A stretch of DNA of 64,000 nucleotides, taken from IMG/VR virus record IMGVR_UViG_3300020448_000003, positions 1 to 64,000 of that record; one strand, given 5' to 3'. The notes beneath the pieces are model-generated. The model had not been told where the DNA came from, searched no databases, and was given only the letters and a program-made list of their open reading frames with translations. Position 1 is the stretch's first letter; every line of letters starts with the position of its first letter. The position numbers were made by a program, and so were the translations under genes. Source of the DNA: a virus. Shown here one piece after another: positions 20,301-35,300 of the stretch.

Positions 20301-23300
20301 TTGCCTTACGGATATTTGTACCAAACTCTATCTCAGCAGAATATCCTGAGTAATTATTGACTGACTTATAATATGCTTCTTTATCAATATACTCGTTGTT
20401 AAACATCAATAATTTTGCTGCCTGTCGATACATCTCAGGTGCACCACCCAATGTATCTTCAATTAAGTCTGCTAATGTTGCAGCAGCAGATGTTACGTTA
20501 TAACAAATACCTCCACCACTTAGAAGTGTATTACCAGATTGATACCCTACAGGTGTGACTGTCTTAGTAATACTTTGATTTACAAGGTAACTACCATTAC
20601 CAGCAGCAGCAGTTTGGATAACACCGATTGGTATAGAGAATAGTGTATTGATTGAAGACGCTACAACAGCACATTCACCATTACCAGCAGTGTCATATGT
20701 TATTGTTGTATCTCTTACAGAAGCACGTTCACCTGTTAGTGGCCATTCACCTGGTAGTGTTCTTGTAATATTATCTAAGTATGATCTTGGATTACTTGTA
20801 TTACTTGAATCAAATAGATTGACAGTAATATTCATCAACGTTGTAATTGCAGATGCTTGGTTAGAACAACGAGATGCTCCACCACCACCTTGTACCCAGT
20901 TGACTGCATTAGAACTAGCACTTACAAACGTATGTGTATAATTTCCACCATACTCTACAGCACCAGTAATAGCACTTATGAATGTATGTGGATACTGATA
21001 GATTGTTGGAGATGGGTTTACATTAACCTTAATACGTCCATTTCTAAATCTGATACCGTGTTCTTTAGCAGATACAAATTGATGTGTATAGTTTCCACCA
21101 ACACTAACTGAATTAGCAGCAGCACTAATGAATGTGTGAGTAGTTGTGTTTGTAGAAGGAGTTCTACCAGATGCTAGAACATTAACTGTAATAGTTGTGT
21201 CTGTAGCACTCTTGACTGTTAAAGGAACATCATATGCTCTATCTTTTTTCCAAGTAATGTTGGAAGCAGTAGAAGATTGATATGCGTGTGTAGTTGTGTT
21301 TGTGGAAGGTATCTCAGTAGATAATAGAACCTGTACATCAAATGTGTTTGTAGTTATATTTGATATCTCTAACCAAGATCCAGATGCAGGGTCAGTTGAT
21401 CTTGGATAACTATGATTTGTAGAATAATCATCAGCAGCACATTTGAATATTAATGAATTATCAGCAATTTTGATTTGATCACCATTTACAAATCCGTGTT
21501 GAGGAACACGAAGAGTCATTATACCTGTTGTTGGATTGTATGTTGCGTCAGTTGAGGTATGTGTTGTAGTTGTTGTTCTAGGATATGAATGAGTTGTTGC
21601 GTTATTATCTTCTAAACAAGTGAATGTGAAAGCGTTATCAGAAAGTTTAACGTGTGCACCAGCAACTAAACTATGACTACCGATTGTGATAACCATATCA
21701 CCTGTTGTTGGGTTATATACAACATTAGATGGACTGTATAGTTGTGTTGGAGATGTACCTACATTAACTTCAAATGTATCATTAGTTTTATTCTGAACAG
21801 GAAGATATATGTTATGAGCAGGGTCAGTTAAACGAGGATATGAATGAACACTACCATAATTATCCATTGAACAAGTAAAGTTCAATGAGTTAGTGTCAAA
21901 CATTACCTGATCACCATTATTAAATCCGTGAGCAACAGAAGTGATCACCATAATACCAGTTGTGGGATTATATGTTGCGTTTGTCGCAGTAAATGTAGAA
22001 TCTCCAACTTCTAAGACTTCTAATGACTTACCACTAGCATAATCTGTTGAACGAGGATATGACTTGGTGCTATTAGAACCAGTTGATACACCAACATTAA
22101 CTGTTATTGTAGATCCAGATCTTGCTTGTACAGCAACGTTAGTTCCAGATACAGGGTCAGTTGATCTTGGATATGAGTGATTAGAACCGTGATTATCAGC
22201 ATCACAAGTAAATGTTACAGCACCGTCAGCGATAGTAACTGTAGAAGTAGCATAACTAATTCCATTTGTTTTAGCCCATACAAAACTATGTGTAGTCTGG
22301 TTTGTAGAAGGTGTGTTTTCTAGAACCTGTACATCAAAGTTATCACCACTAACATTTGATATTGTTAACCATTTACCACTAGCAGGATCAGATGGTCTTG
22401 GATAGTAATGATTTGTTGCGTTACTATCTTCACCACAAGTAAATGATAGAGAGTTATCTGCTATTAATATCTGATCTCCATTACTAAATGGATGACTTGT
22501 AACGGTTATTGTCATCACACCTGATGTTGGATTGTAAGCAACATTAGATGCAGTATGAGTTGTAGGAGCAGTGAGGGTATTAGACCCAATATTTAATACA
22601 AGATTTCCTGTGATAGGATCGTATGTTGTTCCTGAACCAGCAGTATGACTTCCACCAGTTGATGCAACAATAGCGTTATTTACACCACTTACATACGTAT
22701 GAACTCCATTACCATAAGGGCATAAGAATGATACAGCATTATCAGGCATTCTGATATGTCTACCAGGAGTAAGATTGTGATTACCAATATCTAAGAATAG
22801 ATTACCAGTATCTTCTTCGTAAATAGCAAAACTTACATCGTGAGTTCCATTAGATGTTGTACCAACGTTTACAGTGAATGTATCATTTGTTCTTGCAGTA
22901 ATTGGTAGAGTTGCACCAGAGGCTGGATCCCAAGGTCTTGGATATGATTTATTAGATTGATTACCATCAAATGTACAATTAAATACTAATGAATTTGGAT
23001 CAAGAGTAATACTATCACCTACCTGAAGATTATGTCCTGCTTTTGTAATAACTAGATTACCGTTTGTTGGAGTATATGCTGCATCTGTAGGAGTTAACTG
23101 TCCAGTTGTTGCACCGTTATTATCAATAGTAATAGTATTATCGTAGACAGCATATCCTTCGGTATATCCATTAACAGTAACCAACTGTTGTCTCATTACC
23201 TGAATAGCAATGTCTCTTGCTTGTTCAAAGATATATTTAACTTGTGCTGCTTGTGAGTTGATGTGTTGTACAGCATTACTAATAGTGATATAGAAATCAC

Positions 23301-26300
23301 TAGCATACCAAACAATGTTATTACCACCGTGTGCTAAGTTAAATGTAACTGCTTCTAGAACATCAATTACATCATCAACACAAGATTGATAACCATATCC
23401 ACCAAATGTAAGACTAGAATATTGTGCCAAACCACGACCTACAGCAGTAGTGGCGATAAATCTTAAATTATTTTTAATTTCATTAGAAGCATCATAATAT
23501 TTGTTACCAGCTTCAGTTGATGTTGCAAATCCACCACCAGCGTTATAATCGTAATCAGGACGTGATTCTATACCACCTCCACCACCACCAAGTGCTCCAC
23601 CTGTTTCATACTCAGATTCATAGGGATTAAACCCAAGTTTGTTCTGGATGGCGAGGATTGCCATATCACGTGCCATTCTCATAGCATAGATGGTTTCATC
23701 TGCTTGATCTGTTACGTGCTTCAGACCCATATCACTATTCAAATATAATTCAGATGCTTCGTATACTTTTTCATTAACACTAAATCTTAAATCGTGAATA
23801 ACACCATCTAAAATATCAACAATATCATCTTCACAATGAACCTTACCACCAGGTACTCTGAAATTATAATGTTTGAATGCACTTTGTTTAACTGTCAGAT
23901 CAACTGCTTCTTCAGCAATAGTACGTTTGTTAGCATTGATGAGATCAGCAGCATCTAAAGCACGATGTGATCCTGTGTAGATCTTTGGATCTGGAGGATT
24001 GAATGTACTTTCTGTTATTACGTTACCTGTTAAGTCGTAGTTAACTGCTGCATCATATGCTTTTCTAAATGCTGGTAAGTCAGTGTATTGGAACTGGAAG
24101 AAGTCATCAATAGTATCTGCATTTGTAGAACCAGCAGGAAGATTAGCAATATTCTCATTACGAGATATTAATAAGTTTTGTAGTGCTTTTTCCATCAACC
24201 ACTTAGCATATCCAATCGCTTCTAACATTGGAAGTAACTCGTGTTCTACATCACCTATAAATCCAGCACTATTCAAGTATGAATCAATAATTCCTTGAGC
24301 ATTAGAGTTACCACCAGTGATTAAATCTGTAGCAATAGCAGGAATAATATGATCCCTAATATCTCTTACACACTTCTCACGACCAGGTGAACCACCAGGT
24401 ATATAAAGTTGGTTTACATCTACGTTATTGATAGTAACTGTATATCTTTCTTCTAACCAGTAAACAACCTCATCAGCAATACATTTACGGTTGAAGTATA
24501 GTAAATCAGCACCATCTCTAAATCTATGTCCTGTAGGACCTAATACATCAAGAAGGTCATCCATCAATGACATAATGTAAGTTGTGATGTTACTACCAGG
24601 TGTAGCACTGAAGTAATTTGGAACACGAATACGTGTTGTGTACTCACCAGTTAAATCAGCTTGATCTTTTGTAATTACATCAATACAAAGTTTAGCAACT
24701 TCTCTCCAAACATACATTGATTGAAGTAGTTCTTCATTAACGTGTGCTAATTCACCTTGTTGGTTAGCAAGATATCCTCTACCAATAATAATACTATTGT
24801 AATTACCACCATATCTAAGATCTTTATAGATCGCAGGAATGATATACTCATAAGTATCTCTTAAACACTTATCTGTACCCTGTGTTGATGTACCAGTATC
24901 ACCAGGTATCACAAAGTCTGGATACTTAGCTTTCATTCTACCTACTGCTTCTTCAGCAATCCAGAATTTATTTGTTTCAATAATATCTGCACAATCTCTT
25001 TCTACCTGACGACTAAGATCAACCTCTTCAGTCATTATTTCACTTCTCCACAATTCTATACTATCAGCAGATGCAGTAGAAGTTATGGTTTGCTGGAATG
25101 TAGCATATATTTCACCTTTAATAATAGGAATAGGTGCCTCACCATCAAATCCAAATGATAGATTTAGATCAGAAGAATCATATACTGCTGATGGTATAAA
25201 GGATGCTGTATATTCAGCAATTCCCTTCTTGACCATAAAGTTTTCCATATGACCAGTGAATCCTGTAGAGTTAGAAGCATTTGCACCGATCTTAATTGGT
25301 AAGTTACCATAATTTGTATTATCTGTATAACTTCCTGCTAATGTTCCACCAACAAATAATCTTGTAACACCAGTAGAACGAGTTACAGCAATATGTGTCC
25401 AAGTATTTGCAACTACTCCTGTAGATGTAATTCTATCAGTATTACCTACATTCCAACGAATTTGATTATTATTAAGAAGTAGATAGAATGCACCTGTATC
25501 AGATGTACTACTACGGAAGTCTAGTAACATCTGTACTCCACTAACAGAAGTTGCTTTTATCCATAGTTCTATAGTAAAGTCACCAGCAGCAACACTACCA
25601 TCACCTAGAGCAAGTTTTTCAGTTGCAGGATGTGTTAGATGTGCACTACCATTGAAATCTAATGATCCAGTACCAACAGCATAATCTAGATTATCTACAG
25701 TAACACCAACATTAGTTAATAGACTGTTAGTAATGTATTCTCCAACAGTAAATGCTCCACTAGGATCTTTACTGTAAATCCATTTACTACCACCATTAGA
25801 ACCAATAACCGATGCAGTATTTCCAGATGTTATACCTTTAACAGTATCACCAAATACGAAGAATCCACCTGTTGACTTATTCTTATAACTGTGTTTAACA
25901 CACTTAATAGTCTCAGCATCTTGGAAAGCATATGCTGGTTCAACTCTTTGTAAGTTAAAGATAGACCATTGATATGTTGTTTTATCTGCACCAGTAGGAT
26001 CTTGAAGAGTATCAGTAATAATCCTAAAGAAGTTAGTTACAGCAGATGTTTGGTTTACACAAGCGTTATCACCTACTGGATATGAAAGTCTACCTTGTGA
26101 GTAATCTGCTTGAGGTGCAGTCTGAGTTACTGCTGCTTGGAATGCTTCTCTTGTACCAGGTGAAGCGGTTGTACCAAGAGCATTGATAAGAATGTCCATC
26201 AATGTAGTGATGGTTGATTGTACAGCAGCACAATTACCAGGATCATTAGTAATTGTATTATCAATAAACTGAACCCAACCGTGTGAAGTATCTACTTTAG

Positions 26301-29300
26301 CAACAGCATTATTTTGTATAATCTGAACTGCCATTGTTTTTGCTTTTGTGAAAGCATTAACAATAGTGTTTCTATCACCTGAAGTAACACCATAGTGAAG
26401 AATACGATCAGTTGCTTCCCATATGAAGTCATTACCACCGTGTGCAGTGTTATAACCTAATGCTTCAATAACATCAACAATATCAGATAGACAATGCTCA
26501 TCTCCACCTGAAACTGTATAGCCAGGATTCTGTAACTTAGCATAATGTAATGACTCGTGAGCAATATACCATTTGTTAGCAAGTAATAGTGTTCTAGCAT
26601 CACCGTGACTATTATCAGTAACCACATACTCAGGAGTTACAGTTGTATCTCTCCACTGTTGTTTTGTAGTGTGAGCTGGAACTATAATTTCCATATTAAT
26701 ACACTTAAGAGCAAGATCTCTTGCTTTCTCCATTGCATATACAGTCTGTGCTACTTGCCCATCAACGTGATATATTGAGTTTCCTTGAACGTAAGTATTA
26801 GCAATATCCCAAACTTCAGAGTTACCATCAAACTTAACTTGCCAAGCAATCATATTAAGAACATCAACTATATCATCAATACAATTTTGATTACCTGTTG
26901 GAATAGTAAAGGAGGGGTAGAAAGCCAACATTAATCCCACGGCTTCTTCAGCAATAAACTCAGCGTTCTTTTCCAATGCCTCTGCTGCGTTAAATGCACG
27001 AGTGTCAGGTTGGATTCTCATCGATGAGTTAGTGAAGTATAATTTCTTCAAACGAATATCTGTGCCAGCAGCAAAATCAGTACCAGTTAAATTGTCATAA
27101 CGTATTTCTTGGTTACGTACGTTTTCAAAGTCTAAGAAGTCTTGGTTATTTGCAGCATCTGTATAAAGTTCAGTTGGGTTAATAACTGTTTCTGATATGT
27201 TATCAAGAATAACATTAGGATATGTAATAGAAGGAACTCTCTGGAATACAAGACCAAAGAAAGTAGATGAAGGGGATAGATCAACAGTATCAATAATCTG
27301 ATTAGATACTGCATCTTGGTAAGGAGAAATACTAATAACTGTTGCTGCAATCTTAGAACGTGCAGAATAAATTATATCATTGAACTTAATTTCAAATTCA
27401 CCAGTTTCATATGCAGCAGTACCAGATGTACGAGAAACAACTAAGTCATCAGATATAACACCATCTAATAAGTTATTCTCTTCAATAATAGCAAACTTAC
27501 CAGACAAGTTAGTAATTCTTTCACCTTGTTCGTAGATAGTCTTAGAAGTAAGATTGGTTTTAGCAGAGAGTACGGCATTAAACCCAGTTGAACTGGCGAG
27601 GACGTTATCGTTAATTTGGAAACTACCAACTACACTGATAACATCAATATAGTCAACACCAGAATCAATTACTACAGCAGTACCTTCATTTTGTAGAGAA
27701 CGAACTGTATTACCTAATAATGGGAAGATACCACCAATAGTACTAAATGTCATTCTAGTAATGACAAGTTGAGAGAACTGTATAGATCTGAATTTAATTC
27801 TAGAAGGTGCTTTAGGTGCTTCTGAGAATACTATAGAAGGTCCTGTTGTAGAGAATGAAGTACCTGGTGACTGTGCAACACCATTTAACAGAATGAACAT
27901 CTGGTCTTCTGTTGCAGTTACTGATGAACCTTCAACATTGAGAGGGAACTGGGTTTTAATCCCATCAAATTGGTCAGAAATATTATCTACCTTTTTAACA
28001 ATAGAAGTTAGAATTTCCTCAGAGTTAGTAAGTCTCTTCTGTCTGAATAATACTTCAGTATTATTAAACTCAGTGTATATTGGTTGTGCGTTAGCAAATG
28101 ATGTAATCTGGTTAATATTAGTGAAACTATTGATATTAACTTCTTTAACAAGGTCAGATACAACTTTTCTTCCAGAAATATCCTTACCACCAGTAATTGC
28201 TAGTTCACCAAATAAGTTGAATCCAACAGGGTGATTAGTTTCAAGAACTGGTTTTCTCCACTGGTTAATAGGTGTTTGAGACTTAATAACGTAAGAGAAG
28301 TTCTGATAGAAGTAACTATCTTGAATTTTTTGAACAATTTCTGATGGTTTACCAACGTCATCAATAAACTGACCTGGTGTAGTGGTTAGAGATGCAATCT
28401 CAAGTGTACCTCTCGCAATAGAAAGGTTATCAATCAAACCAGAAGCACGAGATACTTGACCTGTTACACGTTCACCAGCTAACCATACACCATCATAGTT
28501 CTCAAGTTTAAGGATTCTAGGTCCGATCTGCCAACCTTCGTTAGTAGAAACATAACCAGTAGCAGATGCAAGTTCAAGAGATGAACCCTGATAAACAAGT
28601 TCACCCTCTAAGAAACGAGATGTTTCAACGATAGCAGTTGCTTGACCACCAAATACCTCAGTAAGAAGTACCTGTCTACCTTCACCTTGTGTCAAGAATG
28701 TGATGTAGGAACCAGATTCAGCATCTAACTGTGTTAGAGAGATACGTAACTGGTCAGATTCAAGACCATTTGCCTCTCCAGCAATAGCATAGTATGTTTG
28801 AGTAGAAGATAAACTGACCAAACCAGCAGAACTTGGTTTTGGAAGAATACCGATTGTAGATCCAAGATCCTCTGCTCTTAACTGTACTTGTGCTCCGTTT
28901 GTTATACCGTGTGGGAAGTTAAACTGTAGATATCCCAAATCAACGTTAACAACGTAGTTAAATTCTGATTTAAGTGTAACTGAAGGTTCAGAACTGTATC
29001 CTGAGCCAGGATCCTTGATAATAATCTCAGAAAGTCTATTATTTTTAACTATTGCATCAGCAGCAGCACCTTGTCCTCCACCACCTTCGATTACAACAGC
29101 AGGAGTTGAGGTATATCCAGAACCTGGATCAGTTATCTTAATTTGTGCTAGTAAAGCGGTATTAAACAGTTGAAGGTTTACGGGGAATGTTATCTCAGGT
29201 TTTAGTGTATAATCGTGAGAGTAACCGAAACCAAATTCATTGTTCTTAAGTTTCTTGATCTTACCGATTGATCTACCTTGTAAGAACACAGATGCACCTG

Positions 29301-32300
29301 AACCCTCAGAAGGTATAACAACATCAAGAATACCACCAGAACCAGCAAGTAGAGGTCCTAAGATGCCAGGTATAGCATCGATGTCAATAGATGCAGTGGT
29401 ATATCCTTTTCCAGCAGATGTTAGTTCAACAGCAGTGATAACACCTTCAAAGTCTCCATCATCAGTAACTGTAATGTTACAAGTAGCACCTTCACCATCT
29501 CCACCGATGGGAACGTTATAATAGATGCCATTTACGTATTCTGTACCACCATTAGTGATACGAACCTTTTCAATTTCTCTGTTAGATGAAATATCACTAA
29601 CAATAGGTAATTTTTGGTAGAATCCACCTGGATTTACCAGCTTGATGCTCGCAATAGGTCCAATTGCTTTTGGAGATGTTGTACTGTAAGAACTACGAGG
29701 TAGACCGAATTCATCGTCCCCCACAGCAGCAGTAGTTTTTTCTGGTTCATTTAATAAAGCGAAGTCGAATGTTTTTCCAGCATTGCTGGTTCCTGTAACA
29801 GTAAATGTTCCTGCATAAGGTGATGGTATAACGTCAATAAACGATCCTTCACCAACAGGGGAATTAGATGGAAGAGTTCTTGACGGATCAAAATAGTATG
29901 AGATGTTAGTAACATCCTCATTAATTATAAATTTAACCAACGGAGTTGGTGAATCATCATCAGTGAAACCTGGTGTACCCTCTCTAATGATGTTAATGAA
30001 AGGATATTCCAATTTAAACTGGTTATCCTTAGAGAAAGATAAGTAATATCCTAAGTTTGAATTGTCATCAAGGTCAAATATGTACTGATGACCTCTAACA
30101 AATAAGAATTTAGGATGTTTAGCGTATATATTAACATTAGATACTGAAGATCCACTTCCAGAGAAGGTTGGATCTTGTACAGCAGTGCTTCTTAAATTAT
30201 ATGTAAAGTCTCTTGATGTAAATACCTCTTTAATAAAGAATGATCCGTTATATTCGTTTGAAGAGAAGTTTTCAGTGAATATAATGTCATTAACCTCAAA
30301 ATTATGTCTGCTAGTAGCAGAACAATAAACAATATCTGTATTTGCAAGTGATCCTGTGGGTATAACGTCCTTACTAAGTGTTGCAGCGATACTAATTTTC
30401 TTAACACCAAGCAATCCACCAAATGTTGCAACCTTTCCAGTAGCATCAACAGAGAAAGTTAAGTTAACAGCATCAGCATCAATGGTATCTCCTTTAATAA
30501 ATGATGAATCAGCATAGATTTCTTCAATTTTAATAGTGTAATCAGATGCTGAGAATGGTTTCCAAGAAGCAAATTGATTTAAAGTACCACCACTGTAAGA
30601 AGTATTGGCAAGATCTATTATGAAAATACCTGAAGCAGATGTATATGCCCAGTTTACGTTACCATCAGTTGTTGTACCACCAGTATGAACAGGTGCAATA
30701 GTGCCAGATGTAGCAGTAGATGATGCAGTGTACCACTTTTTATCGTTATAAACGATGTCACCAGTAGTATATGGTGTGTTAGTTACCCATTGTGGGTATG
30801 TACTTTCTTCTACAAAACTCTGACTTAACTCGTTTACATCATTAACAGTAGATTTTAGTAGTTTTGTGTTATCAAATGTACCAATAATCTTACCAATCTT
30901 AACAAAGTTTGCTCCAGTATCAACAATTACACCATATGCACTGACTACATCAGCACCACCAATAACAGAATACTGTTGTAATGTAGAACCTTTAGTAAAT
31001 GTTGCATTTTGATTGAATGTAAGTGTTTTTACAAGGTCAATACTAGAGTATCTTGCATCTCTAAAGTAGAATTTAGGTATAACAGTAGTTGTTAGAAGTA
31101 GTTTCTTACCACCAGGTGTTGGAATAGTTGCAGTTCTACTTGCAAATGTTTCATCAGTAGATGTAAATACCAGTGAACCTGGTACGTGGTTTGCAACAAC
31201 ATCACCATAGTCAAGGATTTGAATACCAGCAGGACCTATAGTCCAAGGACTAACAGTAGTAGATTGGGTATTAAACGTATAATTGCTGTTGGAGGCGGTT
31301 GTTAAGGTATGTCCTGTCTCTACATTGTTTAGAGTGAATGAACCAAGTTTTGTTTTATCTTTATCAAGTTTGTATATGAATGCTTGAGTTGTAGTATTTG
31401 TACCAGTTACTAGAGCTGGTGTATATGCTTCAGTTCTTGTAGCACTTTGTGATACAGCAACGTTATCGATCCATCCTATCCAACTATCAGAGGAACTTGG
31501 AGTACCTTTAGGTCCTATAGTTACATCTTTTAAATTAACATCAGCTGTTGTACTTGTATTGTTTATTGCTTCAACACCATTAACATAAACTCTATAAACA
31601 TAATTACCAACACCTACACGTTCTTTACTAAGTGCAACGTGTACAAATGCTTCAGCATTAAAAGGTGTTAAGTAAGTAGTAGCAGTTGAGTATATTGTTG
31701 ATCCACCAAGAACTAAGAATACTTTACCAGCATTAGCACCAGAAGAAGCATCAAGACCAACCTTAACTTCATTAGCAACGTTGTCTGTTACAGTGTAGAA
31801 ATGAGGTGTTGTATTGTTTGCTGCATACTGTGTGGAACCTAATGCCCAGAAACCTTCAACAGTCCAAGATGTCGCAACATCAGCACCATATAGTAATGCC
31901 AAGGAGTTTGGAGCATCTAATTTAACAGCAGATGTACCAGCATACTTTTTAGTTTGATCTATTACAGCATTACCAGTTGCATACCACGCTTTATTAGAAC
32001 CAGTGGCAAGAGTGTCATTATATGTGTCTTCTAAAAGATTATCAGCAGTATCCCAGTTTAATATTGCTAGTTGTACAGATTCTACTTTATTACCAGCAAC
32101 AATAGTATCACCTGAGTTATCGCTAGAAACTACAGTTGCTGCATATCCAATACCATTTGTTTCAGATACAGAAGCAGAGTTAATAATATTTCCAGTATTC
32201 CAAGAAATCTTACTGGTTACAGATTCTACATTGTTGAAATCTCTTTCAACGTTACAAGAAAGGTCAATATTACCAAATACATCAAATTTAACACCACCAT

Positions 32301-35300
32301 TCTTACAACTTGCATAAGTTCCAGTAGGAACAAACATCTTACTTACAACAGTAGAAGTATATACGTCATTATCAAATTTTGTATATAAAACACCGTAGTT
32401 TTTACCATCAGTATTAACAGCAGTGGCAGTTACATAAACTGATCCATATTCGTCAATAGACATTGTTGGATCTGTAAACTTGTAACTACTATTGGTTATA
32501 ATTTTAGACCACTGAACTTCAATAGTAACTCCATCATAGAATGTCTCACCAAGAATAATATCACTAGAACCAGCAGGATCACTGATACCACAGAATAAGA
32601 ATGTATCATTTGCTTTCCAAAGTAACTGATGTAGATGTTCGTTACCAGAAGCAGAAGCAATTTTACGTTTTTCCATTACTGATCCATCAAGATCAAGTAA
32701 TGCAACCCACATATCATCAGGACTGAGTGAGTTTGAATCAGTGTAACCACCAATCATAACTCTACCAAGTTGATCTAAATGTATACTTGTAGCATAATCT
32801 CTACGTGTAGTACCAGATATACCAGCAATATCACGTTGCCATTGAACAATACCATCAGGATTGTTAGCATTATCAAAACCTGACTGATATTTGATAACAA
32901 CTATATCAGGGTTGTATACAATACTTGTTGTATTTGGAGATAGTTCACCAATAACGTAAATATTGTGTGGATTTGAGTTTTCAACATATAATGACTTAAA
33001 ACTAAGGTTTTTAGTTCCCGACGCTGGTAATGATGGAACTAAAGCACGTTTCCAAAGAAGACGACCATCACTATTAAACTTAGCGAGCATACCAGATGTA
33101 TCACCATTAGGTACAGAACTATGTCCACAAACATAGAATGTACGATCATCTGCTACTTGAATATCATTAATAGAAACGATTCCAGACTGCTCTTTTAAAA
33201 ATGCTAGGAAATATGATGCTTTTTTAAATCTTTGTGGATGTGATACTCTAATCTGTGGAGGATTTGTAGGACTATATCCAGAACCAGAGTTAACAATATT
33301 AGCACTATTAACAGCACCAGCCTCTGTTCTATTCAAAGTAAGTTGAAAATCTTGACCTTGAGAGGATATTAGTTCATATGTTGGAGGAATATCATCAGAG
33401 TAACCTAAACCTGTCTGAGTTATAGTAACATTTTCAACACCAGGTATAACTTTAACTTTGAATGTCTTATTGGTAGAATCTAGTATTGGACTCTCTTGAA
33501 CAATAATTTCATCACCAACACGCAATTCGTGTTCTGTTGGAGTTGTAATACGTCCATATGGCATATCTCCTGACATATAAGAACTGTATCCCTGTATGGA
33601 AAGACCAGCAACAGCACTTACCTTTGCAGAAGCACCAAATCCTTGTGTATCATCATTATTAAAGAATAATTTATCACTAACTTTATAAGAAATACCTGGA
33701 TTTTCAATAACAAATCCGTCTATCTGAGCATCTTCAAATTTAGTAGTGGTTTCAATATCGATATCAACTTCAGATCTTGTAGATACTTTAGGGTAGTAAT
33801 CAAATAATTGTAATACAGGTTCTTCTGCAATAGTATAAGGTGTAGTATCTTCTAAGTTATTGATAACACCATCACGGTTTGTATCTTCAATTTCAAAGAT
33901 TAACTCAAGACCATCTTCAGTTACAAGAATATCAGTGTCTTGGTTTGGTTGACGATCAATATCTATGTCAACATTTTCATAAGGATCTCTAAATCTAACA
34001 ACATCAGCAGGAATATTTGTTTGAACAGCGTTTTGACTGTAGTTCCAAGAATCAGGTTGTGAGTATAATTGAGGACCGCATATGTATGGGAATACTGGAT
34101 TACCAGCGTCTGATGCGTCAATAGAGATAAAGTATGCGTATACACCTTCAGGATATTCAGGAGTCTTACAAAAACGACCATTGTATTGATCTAAGTCACC
34201 TTCTTGGAAAGCATACTCATAATCTTCGATAAATGATCCTGCTGGATAATCTGATAGTAGCGGACCATCTACTCTAACTGGATTTGGGTTGGTTGCAGTA
34301 TCAAAAACAAGTATTGATTTAACTCTATATGAAGATCTAATACGACGTACACCAGATGATTGGTTTGTAGCGTCAATGTATCCATAAGGACCGTATATTG
34401 GGTTTCCATCAAATGCCCATCCTAAAATAGGAGAATGTAAAAATCCTGTTGATAATTCTTGTAATTGCTGAGTTGACTGATTTTTAAATACGTTATCACC
34501 TAAAACATATCTTAATTGCTTTGGATCTGATACGTGTGCATATTCACCACCATACTGTGTGTTATATCCTGCAAACACATAACCACGTGCTCCATCAAAG
34601 TTTGATCCAAGTTCTTGCTGGAGGTTACGAGTCCACTCAAATACATTAGCAGTGAATGTTCCTTGAGAACCAACTGCTTCAAGACGAATAGTAGTGCTAC
34701 CTGTAGTATATCCAATACCTCTGTTTACAACACTAACACCAATAACTTTACCTCTATCTTCTCCAACACTACCTATTGATGCTTTTGCAACAGCACCATA
34801 TCCATCTCCACTAATGATAATCTCTGGAGCAGTCGTATATCCATTACCAGCAGCAATAATAGCGATAGATACGATTCTACCGTTAATAATAATTGGTTGT
34901 GCTACAGCACCTTCACCTGAGTTTAACTTAATTGTAGGAGATGATGTATATGAAGATCCTGCTGATGTTATTGCTACAGATTGAATCGGACCTCTAACAC
35001 TTGCAGTAGCAGTTGCACCACTACCTCCACCACCTGATATAGAAACGTCAGGTTGTGATGTATATCCTTGACCTGGTGATTCAACAAGAACTCTTGATAC
35101 AACACCATTTGTTATAACAGCAGTCGCAGTAGCACCAAATCCACCTCCACCAACAATAGAAACTAGAGGAGATGATGTATAACCAGTACCACCAGTGTCT
35201 ACTTCAATTTCACTTAAAGCACCGTTAACAGTAACACTAGCAGCAGCACCTGTACCGCCACCACCAGTAATCTCAATAACAGGAGGATTTGCAGCGTCAT

